DNA of 64,000 nt from a virus (Duplodnaviria; Caudoviricetes). How positions within the stretch are numbered: the stretch's first letter is position 1; the number at the start of each line of letters is the position of its first letter. This document shows positions 38,270-47,872 of this stretch, piece by piece. The stretch spans positions 64,001 to 128,000 of the IMG/VR virus record IMGVR_UViG_3300046786_000304; one strand, 5' to 3'. A model generated the notes under the pieces. It ran no database searches, had not been told where the DNA came from, and worked only from the letters and a program-made list of their open reading frames with translations. The translations under genes were made by a program, and so were the position numbers.

Positions 38270-39583
38270 ATGGACAAACCTTGGCAAGTTATCAGCGATT
38301 TGGAAAACCATCCTAGTCGACTGAACAAAGAAGCTATTATTCAAGTTCAAGCCGAAGCAGGCAACAGCGAGTTTTTCGAAGGATGTAGATTGGCTCTAGA
38401 TCCAATGATTACTTTTGGACTTAAACAAATTCCAGAAAAAACTGAAGCAGATGGGCCTGGGTTGGCCTGGGATAGCTTCACTCTTATTACCACAGGTTTT
38501 GTTAATCGTGGTCTCACAGGCAACCTTGCTCGTGACACAGTTAATCAATTAATGAATACTGCCACAAAGGCTGAATGGAATGGTTGGTATCGTCGTATTC
38601 TTATTAAAGACTTGCGATGTGGTACCAGTGAAAAAACAATTAACAAAGTTGTGGAGAAGAAATATGCTAGCTATAGTATCCCTATTTTTGGTTGTCAGCT
38701 TGCTCATGATAGTGCTAATCATGAAAGTAAAGTTACAGGCCAAAAGCTTATCGAAGTCAAACTTGACGGGGTTCGTATTATTACTATTGTCTATCCCGAC
38801 GGCCGTGTTGATCAATTTAGCCGCAATGGCAAGGAACTTGTAAACTTTCCTCATATTAAAAAGCAGTTTGCCAGTATTGCCAGCAATTTGCTTGAGCCAT
38901 GGGTTTTCGATGGCGAGATTATGTCTAGCAGTTTCCAGGATTTAATGAAGCAAGTACATCGTAAAAGCGACGTCAATGCCAACGATGCTGTACTGCATTT
39001 ATTTGATTGTATTCCACTTGTTCATTTTGAACAAGGGCTATGGAATGCTACACAAGAATTCCGTAGCAGTCATTTGAAAACTTTTATAGAAACACACCAA
39101 GCCTCGTTGCCTAATGTAACAATGGTTGGACAGGAACTTGTTGATCTTGACACCATTAAAGGTCAAGCCCGTTTTAAAATGATCAACGCACAGGCTGTAG
39201 CCGGTGGTTATGAAGGCATTATGATTAAAGACCCCAATGCTACTTACGAATGTAAACGTAGTGTAGCATGGTTAAAACTAAAGCCATTTATCGAAGTATC
39301 ATTGGAGGTTACAGATGTTGAAGAAGGCACTGGCAAAAATGAAGGACGCCTTGGGGCTCTTGTTTGCTCCGGCGACGACGATGACCGACGAATTACAGTC
39401 AATGTTGGTAGTGGCTTTAGCGATGATCTTCGAACTAGCGTTTGGGATAGTCGTAATAGTGTCATTGGTCAAATTGTTGAAGTAAGAGCAGATGCTATTA
39501 CACAGAATCAAGACGGAACTTATAGTCTTAGATTCCCTCGCTTTTTGCGATTCCGTGGATTTGTTCCCGGAGAAAAACTATAA
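38270..39583 (+). CDS. lig: ATP-dependent DNA ligase
   Basis: EVKLDGVR (KxDG), FDGEI, EGIMIK, WLKLKP, VGSGFSD, SLRFPRF. Confidence 0.95.
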   Translation: MDKPWQVISDLENHPSRLNKEAIIQVQAEAGNSEFFEGCRLALDPMITFGLKQIPEKTEADGPGLAWDSFTLITTGFVNRGLTGNLARDTVNQLMNTATKAEWNGWYRRILIKDLRCGTSEKTINKVVEKKYASYSIPIFGCQLAHDSANHESKVTGQKLIEVKLDGVRIITIVYPDGRVDQFSRNGKELVNFPHIKKQFASIASNLLEPWVFDGEIMSSSFQDLMKQVHRKSDVNANDAVLHLFDCIPLVHFEQGLWNATQEFRSSHLKTFIETHQASLPNVTMVGQELVDLDTIKGQARFKMINAQAVAGGYEGIMIKDPNATYECKRSVAWLKLKPFIEVSLEVTDVEEGTGKNEGRLGALVCSGDDDDRRITVNVGSGFSDDLRTSVWDSRNSVIGQIVEVRADAITQNQDGTYSLRFPRFLRFRGFVPGEKL

Positions 39584-39591
39584 GGATTTAT

Positions 39592-39900
39592 ATGAAAAAT
39601 TGGCTACGAAATAAATTACATAACTTTATCTTTGCTCCTGATCGAGGAGAGCTTGTAGCAAGCAAACACCACAATGTTACAATTGGTGGTCGAGGTCATC
39701 ATAGTCAAACATTAGGCAGTGATGCCGAACCTTTGAGATTTACAGTATATAATGCTTCAGGAGGCAAAATTGTTGAAATTAGTCACTACGATTCGAAACG
39801 TGATCGCCACGAAACGAGCTTACATATTATTGGCAGTGATGAGGACTTTGGAGACAGTCTTGGAAAGATTGCGTTCCTCGAAATCCTTAAAAAAGGGTAA
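39592..39900 (+). CDS. Hypothetical protein
   Basis: 102-aa ORF with AAGGA ribosome-binding site. Confidence 0.6.
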   Translation: MKNWLRNKLHNFIFAPDRGELVASKHHNVTIGGRGHHSQTLGSDAEPLRFTVYNASGGKIVEISHYDSKRDRHETSLHIIGSDEDFGDSLGKIAFLEILKKG

Positions 39901-39904
39901 TGCC

Positions 39905-40141
39905 GTGCTTACTGAAAAAGAAATTGGTTCTATACTTGCCGCGCAGTTAATGGCTACTATTAGAAACCGAGAACAATCTTATGTCAGTAGTATCAGTGCT
40001 CAATACTCACATTTAGAAGAGCCAGGTAAAAAGATCATGGCAGAGCTTACAGAAATGATGTTTGTCAAAGCTGTTGAGCTTGATAAGAAACGCAGACAAG
40101 ATGACGCTGAACAACTTGTTATGGAGAATCTTAAAAAATGA
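39905..40141 (+). CDS. Hypothetical protein
   Basis: Probable GTG start just after the previous stop, within the 39752-40141 ORF. Confidence 0.5.
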   Translation: MLTEKEIGSILAAQLMATIRNREQSYVSSISAQYSHLEEPGKKIMAELTEMMFVKAVELDKKRRQDDAEQLVMENLKK

Positions 40142-40293
40142 AATGCTCTACATGTAGACAAGAATATTCAACACGCTGTGATTGGAATCAAGGACGATGT
40201 CCGCATCGAGAACCAATGATTAATCCGCACTCGTTTAGATTCTATAACCTTATACTAAGTATTAAAGATGTTTTTAAACGTATCAAAAAGTAA
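40138..40293 (+). CDS. Small Cys-rich protein (below ORF-track cutoff)
   Basis: MKCSTCRQEYSTRCDWNQGRCPH..., 51 aa. ATGA overlap with the upstream stop; fills the gap. Confidence 0.5.
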   Translation: MKCSTCRQEYSTRCDWNQGRCPHREPMINPHSFRFYNLILSIKDVFKRIKK

Positions 40294-40495
40294 TATCAAA
40301 ACTATTCGTCCTGGTGATCCTGATTGGATTATCATTGATGGTCTTACTATATCACACAGAGCAGGCTTTGAGATTGACATTAAATGTCCTAGCAATGTAG
40401 AACAATACATTCTTATGGCTATCGAAAATAAATGGTTGAAGCCGATTGCTTATCAACCAGTACACGAAGAATTTATGGAAAAACTAACAAAATGA
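40268..40495 (+). CDS. Hypothetical protein
   Basis: 75-aa ORF, ATGA-coupled to the next gene. Confidence 0.55.
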   Translation: MFLNVSKSNIKTIRPGDPDWIIIDGLTISHRAGFEIDIKCPSNVEQYILMAIENKWLKPIAYQPVHEEFMEKLTK

Positions 40496-40854
40496 CAAAC
40501 CCTTTTAAAGACCAAGAAAAATTTATGCGAGCCTGTGACCAAAGTGTCGAAGGCTTTAATCAAGATCAATTCAGACTATATGTTAATCTAATCAAAGAAG
40601 AATATACAGAACTCGGCGAAGCAATCAATAACAGCGATCAAGTTGAAACACTAGACGCACTAATTGATATTTTAGTTGTTACCATTGGTGCCATCCACAG
40701 CATGGGTGCGGATGCTGAAGGTGCTTGGAAAGAAGTTATGAGTACAAACTTTACTAAGATTGACAAAGAAACTGGCAAAGTTCGTAAACGTGAAGACGGT
40801 AAAGTTCTAAAGCCCATTGGTTGGGTTGCCCCTGAACTTAGACCCTTTGTTTAA
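40492..40854 (+). CDS. MazG-like / PRA-PH family NTP pyrophosphohydrolase
   Basis: LIKEEYTEL..DALIDILVV..EVMSTN..K..RKREDGKVLKP. Confidence 0.85.
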   Translation: MTNPFKDQEKFMRACDQSVEGFNQDQFRLYVNLIKEEYTELGEAINNSDQVETLDALIDILVVTIGAIHSMGADAEGAWKEVMSTNFTKIDKETGKVRKREDGKVLKPIGWVAPELRPFV

Positions 40855-43103
40855 TACGGCCACGGGCCAGTAAATCCTTGTTTGGCAATCGTTGCTAAAT
40901 TGCCATCGGTTGCGTTTTGACTTACTTGATTATTAAACTCAAAGGTTGACCCAATAACTGGTTCTCCTGTTTGATTAAAATAATTAGTTGCGGCAGCAAG
41001 TGTTTGCTGATTAGTTGCAGCCGAAGCAGTTTGTTGATTCAATCTGCCTTTGGCAATTAATTCATTTACTCTGGCCATACCTTTGTCAATAACTTGTTGT
41101 TCATTGACTTCTGGACCGTAGTTATTGTTGGCAATAATACTGGCTTCTAAAATTCTTCTATTTCTATCTCGTTCGTCGGCAGCAATAAAACTAGCGGCTT
41201 GATCCCATGCTTCTTCTTTGTACAATGTAGTTAAATCTACTTTTTGTCCTTTTACAAAAGCCATACTAGCATCACCTGTTTGATTTTGTAAACTAACTAG
41301 GCCATCAAATACATTCTGTGGTATATTTTTTACACCTGCAGAAGATAGCATATTTTTAACGCTACGTTGATTTCTAGCTAAATCATTGTATAACATATCC
41401 TGTGCCTTGTCAGGACTAATACCTTGACTTAGCATCTTAGATACGTCAGCGGCAGAACCAGATCCAACTGAAACTCCTCCAGCAACTGTAGTACCGGATG
41501 GAGATATCTTATCTGTTACACTATTCAATCCATTGGCTATTGTATCGCCGGCTGCTTTTAGTTTAGCACCAAAGTCTTTGAATATATTTTTACCTAATAA
41601 TACTGCTCCGTTACCTGGCGGTAAATTTAAATCAAAACCTTTTGCGCCAGTATAAGGAGGTGTAGGTTTTTGTGGAACTATCACGCTTCCATATCCACCA
41701 CTTTCTCCTTTGGCATCTGCTGTATTTACAGGAGTGTATCCGTTTTGTTGTTTAATAACACTTACCATCTTATCGCTGACTGTAGCAGATTCAACTGCAA
41801 CTGGTTCGTCTTTATTAGGCGTTGGTACTACAGGTGCTGGTGTTTCATTTGTTTTTGGTTTTCTAGGTTGTTCTTGACTTGGCGCAGGATCTTTTTGCAT
41901 CTGCATGTTGCCAGTACCGATTGGATTAATCATGCCACTGTGGCCAGCCCACGGTTCATGTTCTGGTACAATACTACAAATACTTTCTTTAACACCTTGA
42001 TTCACTGCCAAATTGTACATTGGAATTTCATTGGCAGCATCAGCAGTTGGGCCGTTCATGTGTATAACACCAGCTGTTTCATAATGGCCTACGCCACTTA
42101 ATATGCTACTTGTTTCACCGCTGGTAATTTTAGTATTGCTGCCAGCTAACGTTGAAATTTCATTGCCCGCAGATAATTGAACATTTCCGTTATTAGCTTT
42201 CATATTAATATTAAGTCCTGCTTGCATATTAATATTGTTGTCTGCGTATAAGTTAATATTTTCTTGACTTCTAATGCTTATATCTTTACTACCATACAAA
42301 TGAATTCTTCCGTCAGCACTTAACTCTACCCAGCTTTCTCCATTTTTACTAATAAGATAAATGTGCCCAGCAACGTCGTCTAACAATAGTTGTGTGCCAT
42401 TTGTTGTTCTTAATCTAATTAATTTGTTGTTACCGTCTTTGTCACCATCGTCCAGGACTAACTGGTGTTGGCCAGGAGTTAATAGTCCAATAACTTTACT
42501 AGGAGCTTCGCGCATTGCTCCGCTGGTTGTAGTTCCTCTCAGCGGATCATTTTCTAATCCCTGAGTTTTTAATGCTTTATATGCGGGCTCATGAGCAACA
42601 TATTTTGTTAAATCTGCGTCTAAATCTTTTTTATTTTTAGGCGCAACTGGTATGTTATCACCTTTGTGTGTTTTACCTGAAGGTATACCAGGTACACTAA
42701 CTTGTGTGCCTCTTTGGAACATACAAGCAAACCAATAACATTTATCAGTTTTACCATCAGCAAATGTAACTAATACTTGAGCATCGATGTCAGGAGGTAC
42801 AGCCCAAAAGCCATAGCTTTTCATTGTATCGCTGTATTCTTCTACATTAGTGCCTTGGTCAAATATACTCGTTGATCCTGCGAATGGACTAGCATAACTA
42901 GCAACATACCAGCTAGAGTCTACTTCGGGGTCACCGCCTAACTCAGGAATGTATACCTGTAGTCTTCCCATGTTTTGGCTATCGTCATTCTTTTTTACAA
43001 TACCAACATATACGCCATATAATCTAGGTACGCCGGCACCTCGGTTGTCTGTATAACTTGCTGGGGCTTTTCTATTACCATTTGGATTTGCAACTCTTGC
43101 CAT
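40851..43103 (-). CDS. gp5: Baseplate hub/spike protein, gp5/VgrG-like, with degenerate lysozyme domain
   Basis: OB-fold N-terminus (GIVKKNDD..GRLQVYIP..GFWAVPPDIDAQVLVTF), beta-helix region, HEPW, C-terminal GH24-like domain. Confidence 0.8.
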   Translation of the reverse strand: MARVANPNGNRKAPASYTDNRGAGVPRLYGVYVGIVKKNDDSQNMGRLQVYIPELGGDPEVDSSWYVASYASPFAGSTSIFDQGTNVEEYSDTMKSYGFWAVPPDIDAQVLVTFADGKTDKCYWFACMFQRGTQVSVPGIPSGKTHKGDNIPVAPKNKKDLDADLTKYVAHEPAYKALKTQGLENDPLRGTTTSGAMREAPSKVIGLLTPGQHQLVLDDGDKDGNNKLIRLRTTNGTQLLLDDVAGHIYLISKNGESWVELSADGRIHLYGSKDISIRSQENINLYADNNINMQAGLNINMKANNGNVQLSAGNEISTLAGSNTKITSGETSSILSGVGHYETAGVIHMNGPTADAANEIPMYNLAVNQGVKESICSIVPEHEPWAGHSGMINPIGTGNMQMQKDPAPSQEQPRKPKTNETPAPVVPTPNKDEPVAVESATVSDKMVSVIKQQNGYTPVNTADAKGESGGYGSVIVPQKPTPPYTGAKGFDLNLPPGNGAVLLGKNIFKDFGAKLKAAGDTIANGLNSVTDKISPSGTTVAGGVSVGSGSAADVSKMLSQGISPDKAQDMLYNDLARNQRSVKNMLSSAGVKNIPQNVFDGLVSLQNQTGDASMAFVKGQKVDLTTLYKEEAWDQAASFIAADERDRNRRILEASIIANNNYGPEVNEQQVIDKGMARVNELIAKGRLNQQTASAATNQQTLAAATNYFNQTGEPVIGSTFEFNNQVSQNATDGNLATIAKQGFTGPWPY

Positions 43104-46087
43104 TATCCTTTACCTCCCAATGACGCTTTTCTAATATATTCTGCTTCCGATCCCTTGACATCTGATGGTAACAAATATCTATTCGGACCGTTTCTGCCAG
43201 AAGGTATTACGCCTACACCATAATTGTAATATTCATTGCCGGCCTTTAGTCCTTCTTCCCATGTGTTATATCCGTTGTATTTGTTTCTCTCTGCTATGTA
43301 ACCAACACCTAATGGATTATTAACTTCTGCAGGCCCTGGTCTAGCTGTATTATTACTCTTCCAATCATCTAAGCCACCGGCGCCACTCTTGGTCATAGCA
43401 AGTCCGGCTAGTGTTTCGGACGAGTATGGTTTATGATTTGGTACACCTGCTTCAGCATACGCTTTCTTGTCTGCCTCTTCGAGATGTTGATAATATGCTT
43501 TAGTTTCTTCGCTGTATTGTCGCTTGGCAGCTTCGTAGGCTTCGTTTCTAGACTTGCCAGAATCTACCATAGCCTGTGCGTTTGTTACAGGATCAGCAAC
43601 TGCTGGCGGAGGATTATCTCGTAATATTGCTCGTTGTTTGTTTAACGCATCCGAAACGCCTGGTGTGCTTGCAACTGTAGTCGGTGCTGTAACACCTCCA
43701 GCACCCATACCTTGGTCTCCGGATAATGCTTCTTGTTTTAATTCCGCATCTCGTTGCTCTGCACCTTGTTGGCGTAGATCATTGATACGATCTCTTGCTC
43801 TATCTTCTGACGCTAATACTCCGTCTGCCCAATCTTCAAACGATACATCACCGCCTTTCGTTAGATTGGCTCTAGGTAAGATATGACTTGGTATTGTTAC
43901 ATCTCTGATTGTTTTTAGTTTTTGTGTCCACTTACCTTCTTTGAATATGTTTTCAACTTCAACTACTTTATAAATTCCAACAATTTGATCATTATAATTA
44001 AAGGTTAATAAATCATCTTCGCCGGCGCCTCCGTCTGGCATCATAGTACAGAAATAAAATAACTGTCCACCCTTATACCATTGCGCTACTCCGTAATCAC
44101 TCCATACCGGTTCTTTTGAATCCCATCCTTTTTCAATGTTTGGCATTCGACTATTAATCATAGCCCTTATTTCTTTTTCACTGGAACTCGGCAATTCAAT
44201 TTTATCTAATCCTATTTTGCCATTTAATAATAAATTAGGAACTCCTAGCCAATACGGGTCTCCTATGATTTCCATGTCTAAATTAACTAAATCCCGCGGA
44301 GCTAACTGTACCGCAAATATTTTTTCCATTAGTTTTTCGTTTTCGGACTTGACAATGTCAACTTGTTCGCCAATAACGTCTGGTTCCATTCTAGGAATTA
44401 AGTTAGGATAATCTAACTCAATAGCTTTTTTATATATTGTTTCCCAAACATTTCCGTTCTGGCCAACGTCTTCTGCGTAAACCAACGTATCAAATAAATC
44501 TTTTCTATTTTTAATTGTACTACCAGTTACTGCTTGCTGTTGAGTATTAAATTCTGATTCTCGTTTTGCGATTTCACTATTCAAGAATGTTATATAATCT
44601 TGTAGATCTTTATAATCTTTTTGTGCTTGTTTGCCTTTTCTAGTAACATAACGTTGATATGCTTCTGGATCACCTTTGGCATATTTTTGCATATCAGCTT
44701 TTAATTTCATTGTAAGCTCTTGCGCTTTTCGTTGCATTTGTTCAATGTCAATTCTAGCAGAACCAGCATCATCGCCGTGAACATAGGGACTAACTCTTCT
44801 ATTATAGTTTTCTATGTTCATTGCGCCAGAACCAGCCTGGCCTCTGTCTGCCCATATGACAGGGAAACTAGGTAAACTATATGCTTGATTATATTGTAAG
44901 TCTGTGCGAATTACTTCGGTATTCATACCAGTGTAATTGAAATAATATAATTTACGCAAAAGACCTTCTTGTAAATAATATCTTAACTTGTTATATACTT
45001 TGTCCTTGTTACTAAGTTTGTTTAATAAGGCAATCTCGTCTGGATACTGATACATGTTAGGCTGATCGGCCAAATAAATTAAGAAAACATGTTTGGTAGC
45101 ATATCGCTGTCTTATATAATCATAGGATTTATAAACACTATACGTTTCAACTCTAAAGAATTGATAAACGCTGCCAAGCATACTTTCTAAATTTGCTTTA
45201 CTTTGTTCACTACTACCCGATGCGTCAGAACTAGCAGGCTTAGGTCGACCTGGTAGTAAATCTGATATATCTTTTGTGCTTTGTAATATTTTTGTTATTT
45301 GTTGAGTTAATGGTGTTCCGGGACGTACACTAATATTAAATCTACCAGTTCCAAATAAAGTATTCCCCCAAGTTCCTTGTATTGCTGGGTCTGCTTTACC
45401 TTTTGTTGTAAATCCATATTTTTCAATTCGAGGTTCTATCAAGAAATGATATTCATCGTGAAACACGTCTGCGGCCGCAGGATTGTCTCCACCGCCGGCA
45501 GCGCCTCCGCCTGCCTTTTGTCTAGCGGCAGCATATTTAAATTCTTTGGTTTCTAATTCTATTTGTAATTTTTTAAAATATTCACCTACAGTGCCAGCTT
45601 CAATCTTAGTTGTTTCTTTTATAGGTTGAACCAAGTCAGTTTGCCCATGATGGCCAGTGTGTACAAATGTTACATTATACTCCGTGCCTTTTTCTGTAAC
45701 CGTTGCTTTTACATCAGTGGATATAAACATAATAGGCCAGATATACTTGTATGGCGTTCCTGATTCAGGCACGTTTTCACCAAACACTTCCACTTCTAAT
45801 AGATATCTACAATCAAGGTAATTCATTGTGCCTACTTGGAAGGCGGCAGCCTTGATATAATCCAGCATGGCCATACCTGTGGGTTCGTGTATCCGCAGTT
45901 CTCCTCTATGATTCATTGCTATAGATGTAATTGCGTTGGCATTAATAACGCTTTGCCAACTAACATCAGTTACGATGAATCTGCCAGTGGTAGCAGTTTC
46001 CGCGATTACTATTCCTAATCGAGGATCTAATTTGTTTACATCTTTTGGATGAACTAATGTTAATCGTGTATAATAGGTGTGTGCCAT
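43103..46087 (-). CDS. Baseplate hub/tail protein (gp27-like position)
   Basis: LDMEIIGDPYWL and GIYKVVEVENIFKEGKWTQKL typical of hub proteins; adjacent to gp5-like gene. Confidence 0.55.
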   Translation of the reverse strand: MAHTYYTRLTLVHPKDVNKLDPRLGIVIAETATTGRFIVTDVSWQSVINANAITSIAMNHRGELRIHEPTGMAMLDYIKAAAFQVGTMNYLDCRYLLEVEVFGENVPESGTPYKYIWPIMFISTDVKATVTEKGTEYNVTFVHTGHHGQTDLVQPIKETTKIEAGTVGEYFKKLQIELETKEFKYAAARQKAGGGAAGGGDNPAAADVFHDEYHFLIEPRIEKYGFTTKGKADPAIQGTWGNTLFGTGRFNISVRPGTPLTQQITKILQSTKDISDLLPGRPKPASSDASGSSEQSKANLESMLGSVYQFFRVETYSVYKSYDYIRQRYATKHVFLIYLADQPNMYQYPDEIALLNKLSNKDKVYNKLRYYLQEGLLRKLYYFNYTGMNTEVIRTDLQYNQAYSLPSFPVIWADRGQAGSGAMNIENYNRRVSPYVHGDDAGSARIDIEQMQRKAQELTMKLKADMQKYAKGDPEAYQRYVTRKGKQAQKDYKDLQDYITFLNSEIAKRESEFNTQQQAVTGSTIKNRKDLFDTLVYAEDVGQNGNVWETIYKKAIELDYPNLIPRMEPDVIGEQVDIVKSENEKLMEKIFAVQLAPRDLVNLDMEIIGDPYWLGVPNLLLNGKIGLDKIELPSSSEKEIRAMINSRMPNIEKGWDSKEPVWSDYGVAQWYKGGQLFYFCTMMPDGGAGEDDLLTFNYNDQIVGIYKVVEVENIFKEGKWTQKLKTIRDVTIPSHILPRANLTKGGDVSFEDWADGVLASEDRARDRINDLRQQGAEQRDAELKQEALSGDQGMGAGGVTAPTTVASTPGVSDALNKQRAILRDNPPPAVADPVTNAQAMVDSGKSRNEAYEAAKRQYSEETKAYYQHLEEADKKAYAEAGVPNHKPYSSETLAGLAMTKSGAGGLDDWKSNNTARPGPAEVNNPLGVGYIAERNKYNGYNTWEEGLKAGNEYYNYGVGVIPSGRNGPNRYLLPSDVKGSEAEYIRKASLGGKG

Positions 46088-46089
46088 TT

Positions 46090-46803
46090 TTATCCGCCGT
46101 CGTGCATTTTATGAACGTCGTTTGTGTTTAATAATCCACGTTGTTTAATAAACCCGCCTAATTTATCATCTGGTTGATTAGGTTTATTGGGTTTAGGAGT
46201 AGTTGCAGGAGGCTTTTTAAACAATCCTTCACTTTTTTTCTTCTTATCACTATTTAAATCAGGAGTTTGATTTTTGCCGGGTTCAGGAAGCGGTTTTCCT
46301 GGTCTAAATTTATTTGGTATAGCGTCACCTGATCTTAGGTTATTAACAGGATTACCATTGCTGTCTAGATTATAGGTAGTAGTATTAAAATATGGCTTTC
46401 CTGTATTCGGGTCAATGCTTTCAGGATCAGCTGACTTTCCATCTGGTTTTTTACCGCCTGGCCAAGCTTCAAAATGTAAATGTATATCTTGTGGTCTGCC
46501 ATTTGATTGAAGTCCGGAATTACCTGTGTTACCTAAATATGTGCCAGGCTCTAAAGACATGCCAGGTTTTAAATGTGTAGGCGGAGTATCCAAGTGACCA
46601 TAATAATATTCTGTACCGTATTGGTCTCTGACTATAAGTCCATTACCTCCGGGTTTAGTTGGAGTATCGAGAACATGCATAACTTTCACAGGAACAGTAT
46701 TATATAATGGTGTGCCTACTGGAGTACTAAAATCACAACCATCGTGCGGTCTGCCACCTCTGTCTGCGCCATAATGGCCATGCACATGTGTTGCTGTAGG
46801 CAT
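46090..46803 (-). CDS. M23 family metallopeptidase
   Basis: HDGCDF (HxxxD), YYGHL, GNTGNSG..HLHFE (HxH). Confidence 0.9.
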   Translation of the reverse strand: MPTATHVHGHYGADRGGRPHDGCDFSTPVGTPLYNTVPVKVMHVLDTPTKPGGNGLIVRDQYGTEYYYGHLDTPPTHLKPGMSLEPGTYLGNTGNSGLQSNGRPQDIHLHFEAWPGGKKPDGKSADPESIDPNTGKPYFNTTTYNLDSNGNPVNNLRSGDAIPNKFRPGKPLPEPGKNQTPDLNSDKKKKSEGLFKKPPATTPKPNKPNQPDDKLGGFIKQRGLLNTNDVHKMHDGG

Positions 46804-47126
46804 TATCTAACCTCTGCTAACTTTTCCAACAGAGACGAATCGCTGGGGATAAAAACTTCCATGCCGGATTTAAAATCCCAAATTGGATCTCTAATTACAT
46901 CGGCATTTGCTAGTGCTATCACCCACCATAATCTACTAGTGCCAAATTGCTGATAACTGAATAAGTCTATTCTGTTTTCGCATTCAGGAGGAACAATAAC
47001 GTAATCTCCTTTTGTATAACTAATCGTAGGCAACTTAGCTACGTCTAAGTAAAAGTTTTTAATAGGCACTTGACGAAGGAAACTTCGTTCGCCGTACATA
47101 TTTGTTGGAATTATAGTAGATGCCAT
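46803..47126 (-). CDS. Baseplate wedge gp53-like / LysM-type tail protein X
   Basis: RIDLFSYQQFGTSRLWWVIALAN..IP. Confidence 0.75.
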   Translation of the reverse strand: MASTIIPTNMYGERSFLRQVPIKNFYLDVAKLPTISYTKGDYVIVPPECENRIDLFSYQQFGTSRLWWVIALANADVIRDPIWDFKSGMEVFIPSDSSLLEKLAEVR

Positions 47127-47788
47127 TAAATGTATCCTTTCGAACTTAATGCACCTTTAGAAAAATCTTCTAAGTTAAATTCAGTGACAGCCTTGTATAT
47201 GTTAGGTTGCATTATCAAACTTATGTTAATAGTAAAAAATACTGGCAAATAAAATTCTTTTGTTTTTTGTCCTGTGACAACAATTTCAGGAACTCCGTCT
47301 GCGCCTGCCTTAGGAACTTCTGTACTTGATTTTTTTACATCTTTAGTAGCGTCAATTGATTTATTATCAGGACTAAATGTACCTTTAACATAGTCAATGT
47401 CGTCAGGGAATGTCATCGAAAACTTACTAATTACAACTGGCACTTTATTAAATATCGGACTACCATGTGCAAAGAATCTTAGAATCCTTGGACTTTGCCC
47501 TCGTTGTGCGTCTGTCCTGCCATAATTCATTTTAGTATAAGTACGCAAAAATCGAATAGCATATTCGCAGTGATCAAAATGCTGTTTGGTATGAGCACTA
47601 AACTTACATGTCAAACCGATTGTTGGATTTTCTGTTCTGGTATATGCGTATGGTTGATAATTAGTATGTGTGAGACTGTATGCGTCATATTTGACGTCAT
47701 TACTATACTCGATTTGGGGAGTATATTGGAATTTCAATTCTCCCAAAGATTCATTCACTGGATTTTTTGCTATTAAATATACGCTCAT
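47126..47788 (-). CDS. Tail tube initiator/baseplate protein
   Basis: FQYTP.I..Y..THTNY..Y; PRILRF..FNKVPVVISKFSMTFPDDIDY; position before the gp53-like gene. Confidence 0.55.
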   Translation of the reverse strand: MSVYLIAKNPVNESLGELKFQYTPQIEYSNDVKYDAYSLTHTNYQPYAYTRTENPTIGLTCKFSAHTKQHFDHCEYAIRFLRTYTKMNYGRTDAQRGQSPRILRFFAHGSPIFNKVPVVISKFSMTFPDDIDYVKGTFSPDNKSIDATKDVKKSSTEVPKAGADGVPEIVVTGQKTKEFYLPVFFTINISLIMQPNIYKAVTEFNLEDFSKGALSSKGYI

Positions 47789-47793
47789 ACTAG

Positions 47794-47800
47794 TATTTAG
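47794..47800 (-). promoter_or_regulatory. Late promoter-like CTAAATA, 5 nt before ATG
   Basis: TAAATA followed by N5 and the ATG at 47788. Confidence 0.6.
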
Positions 47801-47835
47801 CGTATAATAATCTATAGTTTTAATTCCAAAAAGAC

Positions 47836-47865
47836 TTGACTTTGTTAATAAGAAAATGTTAAAAT
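47836..47865 (+). promoter_or_regulatory. Sigma70-like promoter of gp55
   Basis: TTGACT-N18-TAAAAT with TGn; ATG 7 nt after the -10 box. Confidence 0.65.
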
Positions 47866-47872
47866 AACTACT

